Below the pieces are notes generated by a model, which saw nothing but the letters and a program-made list of their open reading frames with translations, did no database searches and was not told where the DNA came from. The position numbers were made by a program, and so were the translations under genes. Below, in pieces: positions 37,051-45,357 of a DNA stretch of 64,000 bases (the first letter of the stretch is position 1; every line of letters begins with the position of its first letter). This DNA comes from Solirubrobacteraceae bacterium (GTDB lineage Bacteria > Actinomycetota > Thermoleophilia > Solirubrobacterales > Solirubrobacteraceae), in contig JBAWFG010000042.1 in the NCBI GenBank assembly GCA_049591655.1, forward strand, positions 6,849-70,848, written 5' to 3'.

Positions 37051-38073
37051 ATGTCCTTCCACGTGGAATCCCCGGCGCCGGTGCGTGAGCTTCCCGGCGA
37101 GACCGTGCCCTATTACCTCGCCGACGGCGACGGGCGAGCGCACCTGCTGCTCGGCCAGGTCGGCCGCGCGCTGGCGGGTACGGAGGAGACCGGCGGCGCG
37201 ATGTCGGTCATGACCGCGGTGGGGCCGGCCGGTGGACCGATCCCCCTGCACCGCCACGATGCCGAGCACGACTACTTCTTCTGCGTCCGGGGCGCGATCC
37301 AGGTGTGGGCCGACGGCGAGAGCCGCATCCTCTATCCCGGCGACGTGGCGAGCGTGCCCGCCGGCGTCCTGCACGCCTATCAGTTCCACGGCCACTTCAG
37401 CCAGTTCATGGGACCGATCGCTCCGGCGGGATGGGATCGGTTCTTCGACCTCACCGGGACGCCGTACGCCGGGCCGGCCTATCCCCAGGTCGATGACAGC
37501 CCGCCGCCGTTTGCCAAGTTCGGCGAGGCCGAGGCGCGATTTGCCATGAAGTACTTCCCCCAGGAGCCCTACGGCGAGCTGACCACCGGGCCCGACGCAT
37601 CGCTTCCCGGAACGGCGGTCCCGTATTTCCTGCGGGCCGGGGAGGGACCACGCCACGTGCTGTTCGGCCAGGTCGCCTATCAGCTGATGACCGGCGCCGA
37701 GAGTGGTGGCGCCCTCGGGATGACGGTCATCGAGGGACCGCGGGGCCCCGCCGCGCCGCTGCACGTCCACGAGCGCACCTACGAGGCGATCTACTGCCTG
37801 GAGGGGCGCCTGCGGGTCACGATCGACGGCGACGAGCACCTGCTGACGCGTGGTGACTTCGCCTCCATCCCAGCCGGCGCCGAGCACACCTATGCGATGG
37901 AGTCACACCTCACCCGCTTTGCCGTCATGTATGGGCCTGCGGGCCCCGAGCGCTTCTACGAGCTCGCCGGTCGGGTGGCCGAGCACCGGATCTTCCCGGA
38001 GCACGGCGAACCCGCCGACTCCGACCGCCTGGCGGCGGCCGCGGCCGAGCTCGACATCACGTTCGTCGGCTGA
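37051..38073 (+). CDS. bicupin dioxygenase, quercetin 2,3-dioxygenase-like
   Basis: Two cupin modules, each with the pattern VPY(Y/F)L..G(D/E)G....L.GQV.....G.E.GGA......GP.G...PLH.H (PLHRHDAEHD and PLHVHERTYE). Confidence 0.8.
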   Translation: MSFHVESPAPVRELPGETVPYYLADGDGRAHLLLGQVGRALAGTEETGGAMSVMTAVGPAGGPIPLHRHDAEHDYFFCVRGAIQVWADGESRILYPGDVASVPAGVLHAYQFHGHFSQFMGPIAPAGWDRFFDLTGTPYAGPAYPQVDDSPPPFAKFGEAEARFAMKYFPQEPYGELTTGPDASLPGTAVPYFLRAGEGPRHVLFGQVAYQLMTGAESGGALGMTVIEGPRGPAAPLHVHERTYEAIYCLEGRLRVTIDGDEHLLTRGDFASIPAGAEHTYAMESHLTRFAVMYGPAGPERFYELAGRVAEHRIFPEHGEPADSDRLAAAAAELDITFVG

Positions 38074-38082
38074 GGCGGCGTC

Positions 38083-39327
38083 ATGTCATCGCTCAAGGTT
38101 CTGATCGCCGGCGGCGGGATCGCCGGTCTCACTCTCGCCCAGGGACTGCGCCGAGAGGGCATCGCCTGTGAGGTGTTCGAGCGTGACCCGCTCGACACGT
38201 GGCGCACCGGGTACCTGCTCAACCTCGACGTCGAAGGCGACGGCGGGCTCGCGGCGTGCCTCCCGGCGGCGCTGTACGAGCTGTTCGTGCGCGCCTGCGG
38301 CGAGACGATGACGGGCCACGACCAGTCGGTCGTCGTCGATCCCCAGGGCAATCAGATCACCTCGATGCCGCACGTCGGCGCGCCCGCGACCGGTGAACGT
38401 CCCCCGACGAACATCGACCGGCGGACGTTTCGCCAGATCCTCCTGGCCGGGCTTGACGACGTCGTGCACCACGGCGTCGAGGTCGTCGACGTGACGCCGT
38501 CAGACAGCTCGGTCACGGTGCATCTGGCCGACGGTGAGACGGTGGAGGGTGACGTGCTGGTGGCCGCCGACGGCGTCGGTTCGGCGATCCGCCGCCGCCT
38601 CATGCCCGAGGTGGCGATCATCCCATCGCCGGTTGGCGCGCTCGGCCTGTTCGGCCGCTCCCCGCTCACCGACGAGGTCGCAGCGGAGCTGCCTCCGGCG
38701 ATCTGGAATGCCGGGTTTGCCATCGTCAGCGACGGGCGGGGGACGATGCTCGGTGTCGGGCACTGGCGCCCGCGGCAGCCCGCGTCGCAGGCCGCGGCGC
38801 AGCTCGGCATCAGCGCGAGCTTCGACGACGCCCATCCGTACGTGATGCTCAACGGCGCCATTCCTCCGGGCGTGGAGGTGCCCCCGCCGGCGGACTGGGA
38901 TGACGACACCCCGCGCCGCATGCACGAGACGATGCTCACCGCGGTTGCGCAGTGGCACCCGGCGATCCGCCGGCTCGTCGAGAACATCGAGCTCGCCACC
39001 CTGTTCTCCCATCCGTTCCGGCGCCTGGACCCGACGCCCCCCTGGCCGGCCTCGCGGGTCACCTACCTCGGCGACGCGATCAACGCGATGCTGCCGACCC
39101 TGGGCAAGGGCGCCAACATGTCGATGCGCAACGCCGGTGTCCTGCGTGACGCGCTCGTCGCGGCCGACCGGGGCGAGCGCACGCTGCTGGACACGATCGG
39201 CGGCTACGAGGACGACATGCGGGCGGCGACCTACCCGCTGATGGACATGGCCTCGGATCACAATCGGTTCGGCGGGGGTGGCCTGCGCGGTCCGTCTGAC
39301 CGCCCGTCTTCGGAGGTGCCGGCATGA
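38083..39327 (+). CDS. FAD-dependent aromatic-ring monooxygenase (group A flavoprotein hydroxylase)
   Basis: VLIAGGGIAGLTLA dinucleotide fold, LVAADGVGSAIR (DG motif), YLGDAINAMLPTLGKGAN (GD motif). Confidence 0.9.
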   Translation: MSSLKVLIAGGGIAGLTLAQGLRREGIACEVFERDPLDTWRTGYLLNLDVEGDGGLAACLPAALYELFVRACGETMTGHDQSVVVDPQGNQITSMPHVGAPATGERPPTNIDRRTFRQILLAGLDDVVHHGVEVVDVTPSDSSVTVHLADGETVEGDVLVAADGVGSAIRRRLMPEVAIIPSPVGALGLFGRSPLTDEVAAELPPAIWNAGFAIVSDGRGTMLGVGHWRPRQPASQAAAQLGISASFDDAHPYVMLNGAIPPGVEVPPPADWDDDTPRRMHETMLTAVAQWHPAIRRLVENIELATLFSHPFRRLDPTPPWPASRVTYLGDAINAMLPTLGKGANMSMRNAGVLRDALVAADRGERTLLDTIGGYEDDMRAATYPLMDMASDHNRFGGGGLRGPSDRPSSEVPA

Positions 39328-40262
39328 GAGTGCTCGGACTGAGCGCGGGCAATCCCGGCGGCAGCGCCGAGATCCTGTTGACGATCGCGCTGCGGGCCGC
39401 CGCCGGCCACGGCGCGCAGACGGCGCTCGTGCGCCTGGACGACCTGGTGCTGCCGACGCGGCCGATCGGCCCCGCCGACGACGCCGCCGCCGATGACGGC
39501 GCCTGGCTGTGGGATCAGGTCATGGACGCCGACGGGCTGATTGTCGCCTCACCGATCTACTCGCGCACGGTGCCGGGCAAGCTCAAGCTCGTCGCCGATC
39601 GCCTGTCGGGGCCGGCCGCCGACGTCGCGTTTGCCGAGGCCTACCGCCGGATGCTCGACGCGGGGCAGACTCCGCCGGTCGCGTTTCCCTATGACGAGCG
39701 GGTCTTCCGGCCGCGCGTTGCCGGGCTGATCGCCGTCGGCGGGGCGCTGACCAGCCAGTGGAAGACGCTGGCCCTGCCGCTCATGCACCAGATGATGTTC
39801 TCCTCGCACATCGCGGTGGCCGATCAACTGCTCGTCGGTGGCGCCGGGATGCCGCGCGCGGTCGTCCTCGACGAGCCGGCGCTGGCCGCCGCGGCGCGCG
39901 TGGGGGAGAGCGTCGGGTCCCAGCTGGGGCACGGGTTCGATGCCGTCCAATACCGGGGCGATCTCGGCCTGTGCCCGCTGTGTCACCTGTCGGTGGTCAG
40001 CGTCGACGGCGATCAGGTGGAGTGCGCGACGTGTGGCGCCGCCGGGCGCCTGGAGGTCACAGACGGCGCGGCCGCGATCCGGTTCGATGACCCGGCCGGC
40101 CTGGAACGCTCGATCATCTCGATGACCGAGAAGCGCGCCCACTTCCACGAGGTCCAGCAGACCGCCGGCGTGCAGGGCCCGCAGGCTGAGGAGATCGCAC
40201 AGCGGGCGGCGCGCTATGCGGCCGACGAGAGTCGCATCACGCCCGCGGTCGCCCACTCCTAA
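39324..40262 (+). CDS. NAD(P)H-dependent FMN reductase-like flavoprotein with internal CxxC...CxxC zinc-ribbon and C-terminal extension
   Basis: MRVLGLSAGNPGGSAE and SPIYSRTVPGKLK (FMN_red-like). CPLCH...CATCG at 39972-40034. ATGA overlap with the monooxygenase gene. Confidence 0.75.
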   Translation: MRVLGLSAGNPGGSAEILLTIALRAAAGHGAQTALVRLDDLVLPTRPIGPADDAAADDGAWLWDQVMDADGLIVASPIYSRTVPGKLKLVADRLSGPAADVAFAEAYRRMLDAGQTPPVAFPYDERVFRPRVAGLIAVGGALTSQWKTLALPLMHQMMFSSHIAVADQLLVGGAGMPRAVVLDEPALAAAARVGESVGSQLGHGFDAVQYRGDLGLCPLCHLSVVSVDGDQVECATCGAAGRLEVTDGAAAIRFDDPAGLERSIISMTEKRAHFHEVQQTAGVQGPQAEEIAQRAARYAADESRITPAVAHS

Positions 40263-40273
40263 GCGCCCGCCGG

Positions 40274-41056
40274 TCAGGGCCGATCAGGCCGCCGGGCGAC
40301 CGCGTAGCGGAACAGGTTGTGCATCGCCACCCGGCCGTCGGCTGCAGTGAACGGAATCACGGCCGTGGTCAGCGCCGCGCGCGCCGCCGGCTCGCCGGCC
40401 GCGTCGATCGCCATCGCCCCGCCGCCGGAGGCGAGCACCGCCCGGACGGCGCGGTCGACATCGTCGTGGGCCCACACGACCGGCACCTCACCGTCGGTGA
40501 CGGGCATCAGGCCACCGCTCTGCAGCAGCTGCCGCAGTCCGCTGGGCTCTGACAGGGCGTAGGGGAGATGCTGCGCGGCGGCCGGACCCGCCGCCCGCAA
40601 CGGCTCGAGCGCCAGGTGCAGGGCGGTTGACTCGTTGCGCTGTGGCTCGGCGAACGTCGTGGCCGCCACCAGCCCACCCCGTCGCACGACCCGGGCCGCC
40701 TCGGTCACCGCCGCGGGCGGATCATCGGCGAACGGGAAGGCGTTGAAGCCGACGACGACGTCAAAGCTCTCGTCGGCGAACGGCAGCGTGTCCATCCCGC
40801 CGACCAGGAGCGTGGCGGCGGGGACGCGCTCCTGGGCGATCTCCAGCAGTTCGGGGGTGATGTCAAGGCCGGTCACGGTCGCGCCGCGGCGCGCCGCCAT
40901 CGCCAGCGCGTAGCCCGAGCCGCAGCCGACGTCGAGCAGGGCGGTCCCCGGCCCGCAGCCCACGGCGTCGAGCACCCGCTCAAACAGCACGGCGTTTGAC
41001 GGCTCGGCCAGTTCGGCCCACTCCCGGGGCCGCCGGCCCCAATGCTCGGAGCTCAT
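40274..41056 (-). CDS. class I SAM-dependent methyltransferase
   Basis: Motif I LLDVGCGSG. The ATG at 41056 is chosen because the longer track ORF would run through the box-containing intergenic region. Confidence 0.85.
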   Translation of the reverse strand: MSSEHWGRRPREWAELAEPSNAVLFERVLDAVGCGPGTALLDVGCGSGYALAMAARRGATVTGLDITPELLEIAQERVPAATLLVGGMDTLPFADESFDVVVGFNAFPFADDPPAAVTEAARVVRRGGLVAATTFAEPQRNESTALHLALEPLRAAGPAAAQHLPYALSEPSGLRQLLQSGGLMPVTDGEVPVVWAHDDVDRAVRAVLASGGGAMAIDAAGEPAARAALTTAVIPFTAADGRVAMHNLFRYAVARRPDRP

Positions 41057-41066
41057 GATGAGAAGA

Positions 41067-41100
41067 TTACTGCATACAGTTAGAGAACCTGTGTAGAGTT
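41067..41100 (+). promoter_or_regulatory. operator-like boxes, copy e (TTACTGCATACAGTTA plus degenerate AACCTGTGTAGAGTT)
   Basis: Fills the 57-nt divergent intergenic region between the methyltransferase and GlcG-like genes. Confidence 0.55.
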
Positions 41101-41113
41101 TACCGGCACCGCC

Positions 41114-42067
41114 ATGAGTCACCCTCACGACATCTCCCTGAGCGACGCGCGCGCGCTGATCGCCCGCGCGGTCGATAAGGCGGCCCACATCGGGGCCCGC
41201 GGGGCGTTCGCCGTCGTCGGGGGCTCCGGAACGCTCGTGTCGGCTTCACGCATGGATCGCGGCGGCGCCGGCGGCATGGCCCGTGCCCGCTCCAAAGCGT
41301 GGATCTCGGGCACCCAGCAGATCCCGAGCACCGAGCATCACCTGCGCATGGCGACGCTGCCGCCCCCGATCGCCGCCGGGTTTGTCGCCTGCTCGCCGGA
41401 GGCCAACTTCCCCGGCGCCGGCGGCATGCCGATCCGTGACGAGTCCGATCCCGTCCGCCCGGTGATCGGCGGGTTCAGCGCGTCGGGCGCGACCGTCGGC
41501 CCATTCGTCGACATCCCGGGGATCGACCGGCGGATGCTGATCGCCGAGGGCAAGCCGGCCAACTCCGAGGATCTGATCGTCCTCTGGGCACTCGGGCTGC
41601 CCTACGAGGGCCAGCATGGTGACGACGAGAAGCGCTGGCTCGACGCGTTCGGGGCGCTCCCTGACGAGGAGGGTCTCGGCTACGGCGACCCGCCGCCGGC
41701 CGACCAGCCGGAACGTGAGTGGGCGCTCGGGCTGGCCGACGCGGCGATCGCCGAGGCCGAACGCCGTTCGCTTCCGATCGCGGTCGCGGTCGTCGATGTG
41801 CGCGGCGACCCGATCCAGCTGGACACGATGGACGGCGCGCCGTCCGCCGCCCCGTTCGTCGCCGAGGCGCTGGCCGCGGGAGCCGCCACCTTCCAGGCCC
41901 CGAGCGCAGAGATCGATCCGGTCCTCACCGCCGTGCTCCCCTACCGCGTCCTGACCGTCCCCGGTGGGCTGCCCGTCTGGGCCGGCGAACGGGTGGTGGC
42001 CGGCCTCGGCATCGCCGGCGCGGACACCGCGGTGTGTGATCAGATCGCCGCGTCCGTGCTCCAATGA
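41114..42067 (+). CDS. tandem GlcG/HbpS-like (DUF336) heme-binding-type protein
   Basis: Two DUF336-like halves: AFAVVGGSGTLVSASRMDRGG... and IAVAVVDVRGDPIQLDTMDGA...GGLPV...VVAGLGIAG. Confidence 0.75.
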   Translation: MSHPHDISLSDARALIARAVDKAAHIGARGAFAVVGGSGTLVSASRMDRGGAGGMARARSKAWISGTQQIPSTEHHLRMATLPPPIAAGFVACSPEANFPGAGGMPIRDESDPVRPVIGGFSASGATVGPFVDIPGIDRRMLIAEGKPANSEDLIVLWALGLPYEGQHGDDEKRWLDAFGALPDEEGLGYGDPPPADQPEREWALGLADAAIAEAERRSLPIAVAVVDVRGDPIQLDTMDGAPSAAPFVAEALAAGAATFQAPSAEIDPVLTAVLPYRVLTVPGGLPVWAGERVVAGLGIAGADTAVCDQIAASVLQ

Positions 42068-42981
42068 GGATCTGCATCGTCGGCTGTGGTGCCATCGGCG
42101 GCCTGTACGCCGCCCACCTCGCCACGCTGCCCGACATCGCGGTCTGGGGGTATGACGTCTCAGCCGAACATGTGGCGGCGATCGCCGAGCACGGGCTGCG
42201 GCTGACCGGCGCCATCGAGCTGACCGCGAGGGTGCAGGCGCGCACCGATCCGAGCGAGATCCCCCCCTGCGAGCTGGGGATCGTGGCCACCAAGGGGACC
42301 GCGACCGCGCCGGCGATCGCCGCGACCGCGGCCGTGTTCGCCGACGGCGCGGTCTGCAGCGTGCAGAACGGAATCGGCAACGAGGAGGTGATCGCCGACC
42401 ACGTGCCGCGCGTGATGCGGGGCGTGACCCTGCCGGCGGGGCGCATCGCCGCGCCGGGGGTCATCCACGTCGACGCGCCGGGCCCAACCTGGATCGGGCC
42501 GTTTGAGCCCCAGCCGGCGTCCGCCCCGGAGATTGAGCAGCTCGCCGAGCTGCTCAACCGCAGCGGGCTCGAGACCCGCGCGGTCGCCGACGCGCGCGGC
42601 GCCCAGTGGACCAAGCTGCTGTTCAACGCCTCCACCAACCCACTGTGCGCGCTCACCGGCCTGACCCACGGTCAGCTGTGCGACTACCCGCCGACCCGGC
42701 GCCTGGTCGGCGAGCTGCTGGCGGAGGGCGAGGCGGTGGTGTCGGCGCTCGGCATCGCGTTGGACAGCGATCCCGGCGCGCTCGTCGACGAGGCCGCGCG
42801 GGTCAATCCCCATCACCGCCCGAGCATGCTGCAGGATGTCGCTGCTCGGCGGGCCACCGAGATCGCGACACTCAATGGCGGCATCGTCGCGGCCGCGCGC
42901 CCGACCGGCATCCCGACCCCGCAGCACGAGGCGGTCGTCGATCTCATTCGCGGTATGGAGCGCAGCTGGAGCGAGCAATGA
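42064..42981 (+). CDS. 2-dehydropantoate 2-reductase (ketopantoate reductase/ApbA) family oxidoreductase
   Basis: [14 protein letters not shown]-terminus, SVQNG, and SMLQD near the C-terminus. ATGA overlap with the preceding gene. Confidence 0.85.
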   Translation: MRICIVGCGAIGGLYAAHLATLPDIAVWGYDVSAEHVAAIAEHGLRLTGAIELTARVQARTDPSEIPPCELGIVATKGTATAPAIAATAAVFADGAVCSVQNGIGNEEVIADHVPRVMRGVTLPAGRIAAPGVIHVDAPGPTWIGPFEPQPASAPEIEQLAELLNRSGLETRAVADARGAQWTKLLFNASTNPLCALTGLTHGQLCDYPPTRRLVGELLAEGEAVVSALGIALDSDPGALVDEAARVNPHHRPSMLQDVAARRATEIATLNGGIVAAARPTGIPTPQHEAVVDLIRGMERSWSEQ

Positions 42982-43475
42982 CCGCGCTCACTGCAGGTCC
43001 GATCCCCGGCTTCAACGGCGAGGTCGTGCGTCCCGGCGACGTCGCCTATGACGGTGCTCGAACGGTGTGGAACGCAATGCACGACCGCCATCCCGCGCTG
43101 ATCGCGCGTTGCCGGTCGGCCGCCGACGTCGCTGCCGCCATCGCCTACGGGCGGGGGCACGGGTTGCCGATCGCCGTCCGGGGCGGCGGCCACAGCATGC
43201 CGGGCCACAGCGTCTGTGACGGCGGCATCGTGATCGACCTGCGGGCGCTCAACGCGGTGACCGTCGATCCGGTGGCGCGGCGGGCCACCGTCGGGGGCGG
43301 GGCGCTGCTCGGCGAGCTTGACCGGGCCACGCAGGCCCACGGCATGGTCGTCCCCGCCGGCGTGGTCTCGCACACCGGGACGAGCTGGCCCCAGCGGTCA
43401 GCTCGCTTGACGTCTTCCGGCTCAACCAGAACATTCGGCCGTAGTGTGGACGGAAAGCGAAACTGTATGCAATAA
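42978..43475 (+). pseudogene. truncated FAD_binding_4 oxidoreductase (N-terminal ~134 aa only)
   Basis: Family-like up to ...[13 protein letters not shown]...[13 protein letters not shown]. At nt ~43380 the expected GxxGxxLGGGxG continuation is replaced by unrelated residues and a stop. A full-length paralogue type (458 aa) is at 35608..36984. Confidence 0.65.
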
Positions 43476-43476
43476 T
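43461..43476 (+). promoter_or_regulatory. operator-like box, copy f (AACTGTATGCAATAAT) overlapping a probable near-leaderless promoter
   Basis: Ends 10 nt before ATG 43486. TGCAATAAT resembles an extended -10 element. No RBS before the cupin gene. Confidence 0.55.
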
Positions 43477-43485
43477 CCCTTCTCG

Positions 43486-43827
43486 ATGGATTCTCCGCAG
43501 ACGATCGACTGGGACCGACAGGAGTTCGCCGAGGTGCGTCCGGGCATCTTCGGCGCGACGGTTCACACGCCGCAGCTGACCGCCACCCTGTATCGCTACG
43601 GCGCCGGGTCCAGCTGGGAGGAGCATCAGCACCCCCAGGATCAGGTCACCCAGGTGCTCGAGGGTGTGATCGACTTCGTCGTCGACGGGACAACGGTGCG
43701 CCTGGCCGCCGGCCAGCTCGCCACGCTGCCGGGCGGGACGCCGCATTCGGCGACCGTTCCCGCGGCCGGTTCCGCGGTGACCCTCAACGTCTTCACCCAC
43801 CGCGAGGCGCCCCCGCGTGCCGGCTGA
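43486..43827 (+). CDS. monocupin-domain protein
   Basis: 113 aa. WEEHQHPQDQVTQVLEG...HSA is a cupin motif 1/2 pattern. Confidence 0.8.
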   Translation: MDSPQTIDWDRQEFAEVRPGIFGATVHTPQLTATLYRYGAGSSWEEHQHPQDQVTQVLEGVIDFVVDGTTVRLAAGQLATLPGGTPHSATVPAAGSAVTLNVFTHREAPPRAG

Positions 43828-44566
43828 CTGGCTCGGCCTCGCGGGCCGGCGGGTACTCATCGCGGGCGGGGCGGGCACGATCGGATCCGCGCTCGTCGGC
43901 GGCTTTCTCGACGTGGGCGCCCAGGTTGGGGTCACGGACCTCTCAGAGTCAGCGCTCGCCGGCGTTGACGGCCGGGTCTCCGCGCGGCATGCCGCCGACC
44001 TGTCGGACCCGTCCGCCGCCCGTGGCGCGGTGGAGGCGGTTCGTGACGCGCTGGGCGGACTCGACGTGTTCGTGCACTGCGTCGGCATCAACGACCGGCG
44101 GCCGATCGAGGACTATGCCGCCGCCGATTGGGACCGGATCGTGTCGGTCAACCTGACGAGTGCGTTTCACACCGCCGCTGAGGCGGTCGTGAGCATGCGG
44201 GACCAGGCGGCGGGGCGGATCATCTTCTTCTCCTCGGTCGCCGGGCGCAGCGGCCACAAGCTTCACGGCCCCTATGCCGCCACCAAGGGCGCGATCAACC
44301 AGCTGATGCGGGTCATCGCCCACGAGAACGCCGAGCACGGCATCACCGCCAACGCCGTCGCCCCCGGTTACATGGACACCGAGCTGACGGCGCGTTACCT
44401 GGCGGAGAATCCGGACAAGCGGGCTGGACTGGTGTCGCTCATTCCGGCCGGGCGATTCGGGGTCCTGCAGGAGGTGGTCGATCCCGTCCTATTTCTCAGC
44501 TCGCCGCGCGCGAGCTTCATCACCGGGCAGGTTCTGTACATCGACGGCGGTCGCACGATCGTCTGA
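43817..44566 (+). CDS. SDR-family oxidoreductase
   Basis: AGGAGTIGSA, GINDRR and YAATKGA (YxxxK). Start uncertain because of an 11-nt overlap with the cupin gene. Confidence 0.85.
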   Translation: MPADWLGLAGRRVLIAGGAGTIGSALVGGFLDVGAQVGVTDLSESALAGVDGRVSARHAADLSDPSAARGAVEAVRDALGGLDVFVHCVGINDRRPIEDYAAADWDRIVSVNLTSAFHTAAEAVVSMRDQAAGRIIFFSSVAGRSGHKLHGPYAATKGAINQLMRVIAHENAEHGITANAVAPGYMDTELTARYLAENPDKRAGLVSLIPAGRFGVLQEVVDPVLFLSSPRASFITGQVLYIDGGRTIV

Positions 44567-44574
44567 GGAGAGCA

Positions 44575-45348
44575 ATGGAGCGCAGATTTCAGGGGCGCAG
44601 CTTCCTGGTCACCGGAGCGGGGACCGGGTTCGGTGCCGAACTGGCCGTACGGGCCGCGCAGGAGGGGGCGGCGCGGGTGCTCATCCACTACCGCGCGTCG
44701 GCGCAGGGCGCGGAGCAGACCGCGCAGCGCGTTCGCGAGGTGGGCGCGGAGGCCGAGCTCATCCAGGGTGACATCACCTCCTGGGAGGACATCAAGCGGA
44801 TGGCCGCGGTGGCCTTCGATGACCATGGTGGTATCGACGTTCTCGTCAACAACGTCGGCGAGATGGCCTCCGGCCAGTCGTCCTGGACCGAGGTGACCGA
44901 GGAGGCGATCGACCATGTGCTCGCCGTCGACATCAAGGGAACGATGCTGATGGTGCACGAGTTCGGCCAGCGCATGATGGACGGCGCGGGCGGGGCGATC
45001 GTCAACGTTGGCTCGACCGTCATCGTGCGCGGCAGCCCCCGTGCTCCCCAGTACGCCGCGGGCAAGTACGGCCTGCTCGGGGTGACCAAGTCCTATGCCA
45101 AGGCCCTGGCCCCGAAGGTGCGCGTCAACACATTCGCGCCGGGTTTCATGGAGACCGAGGCGCTGCTCGCCCGCCCCGAGTGGAAGGCCGGCCGGCGCGA
45201 GGTCGTCCTGTCCGGTACGCCGGCTGCGAAGATTCCCAAGCCGGAGGAGATGACCGGCGCCGCGCTCTTCCTGGCCAGCGACGATGCCCACCACATCACC
45301 GGTTCCTACATGATCGCCGACGGCGGCTACAGCATGCTGGGTGCGTAA
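44575..45348 (+). CDS. SDR-family oxidoreductase
   Basis: TGAGTGFG, NNVG and YAAGKYG (YxxxK). Confidence 0.9.
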   Translation: MERRFQGRSFLVTGAGTGFGAELAVRAAQEGAARVLIHYRASAQGAEQTAQRVREVGAEAELIQGDITSWEDIKRMAAVAFDDHGGIDVLVNNVGEMASGQSSWTEVTEEAIDHVLAVDIKGTMLMVHEFGQRMMDGAGGAIVNVGSTVIVRGSPRAPQYAAGKYGLLGVTKSYAKALAPKVRVNTFAPGFMETEALLARPEWKAGRREVVLSGTPAAKIPKPEEMTGAALFLASDDAHHITGSYMIADGGYSMLGA

Positions 45349-45357
45349 CCTCCGAAC

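Noticed and set aside
24243-43476. The recurrent box resembles half of the gamma-proteobacterial LexA SOS box (TACTGTATAT...).
   Set aside because: High-GC Gram-positives use a different LexA box (TCGAAC-N4-GTTCGA type). None of the flanked genes is a DNA-repair gene, and all six sites flank catabolic operons.
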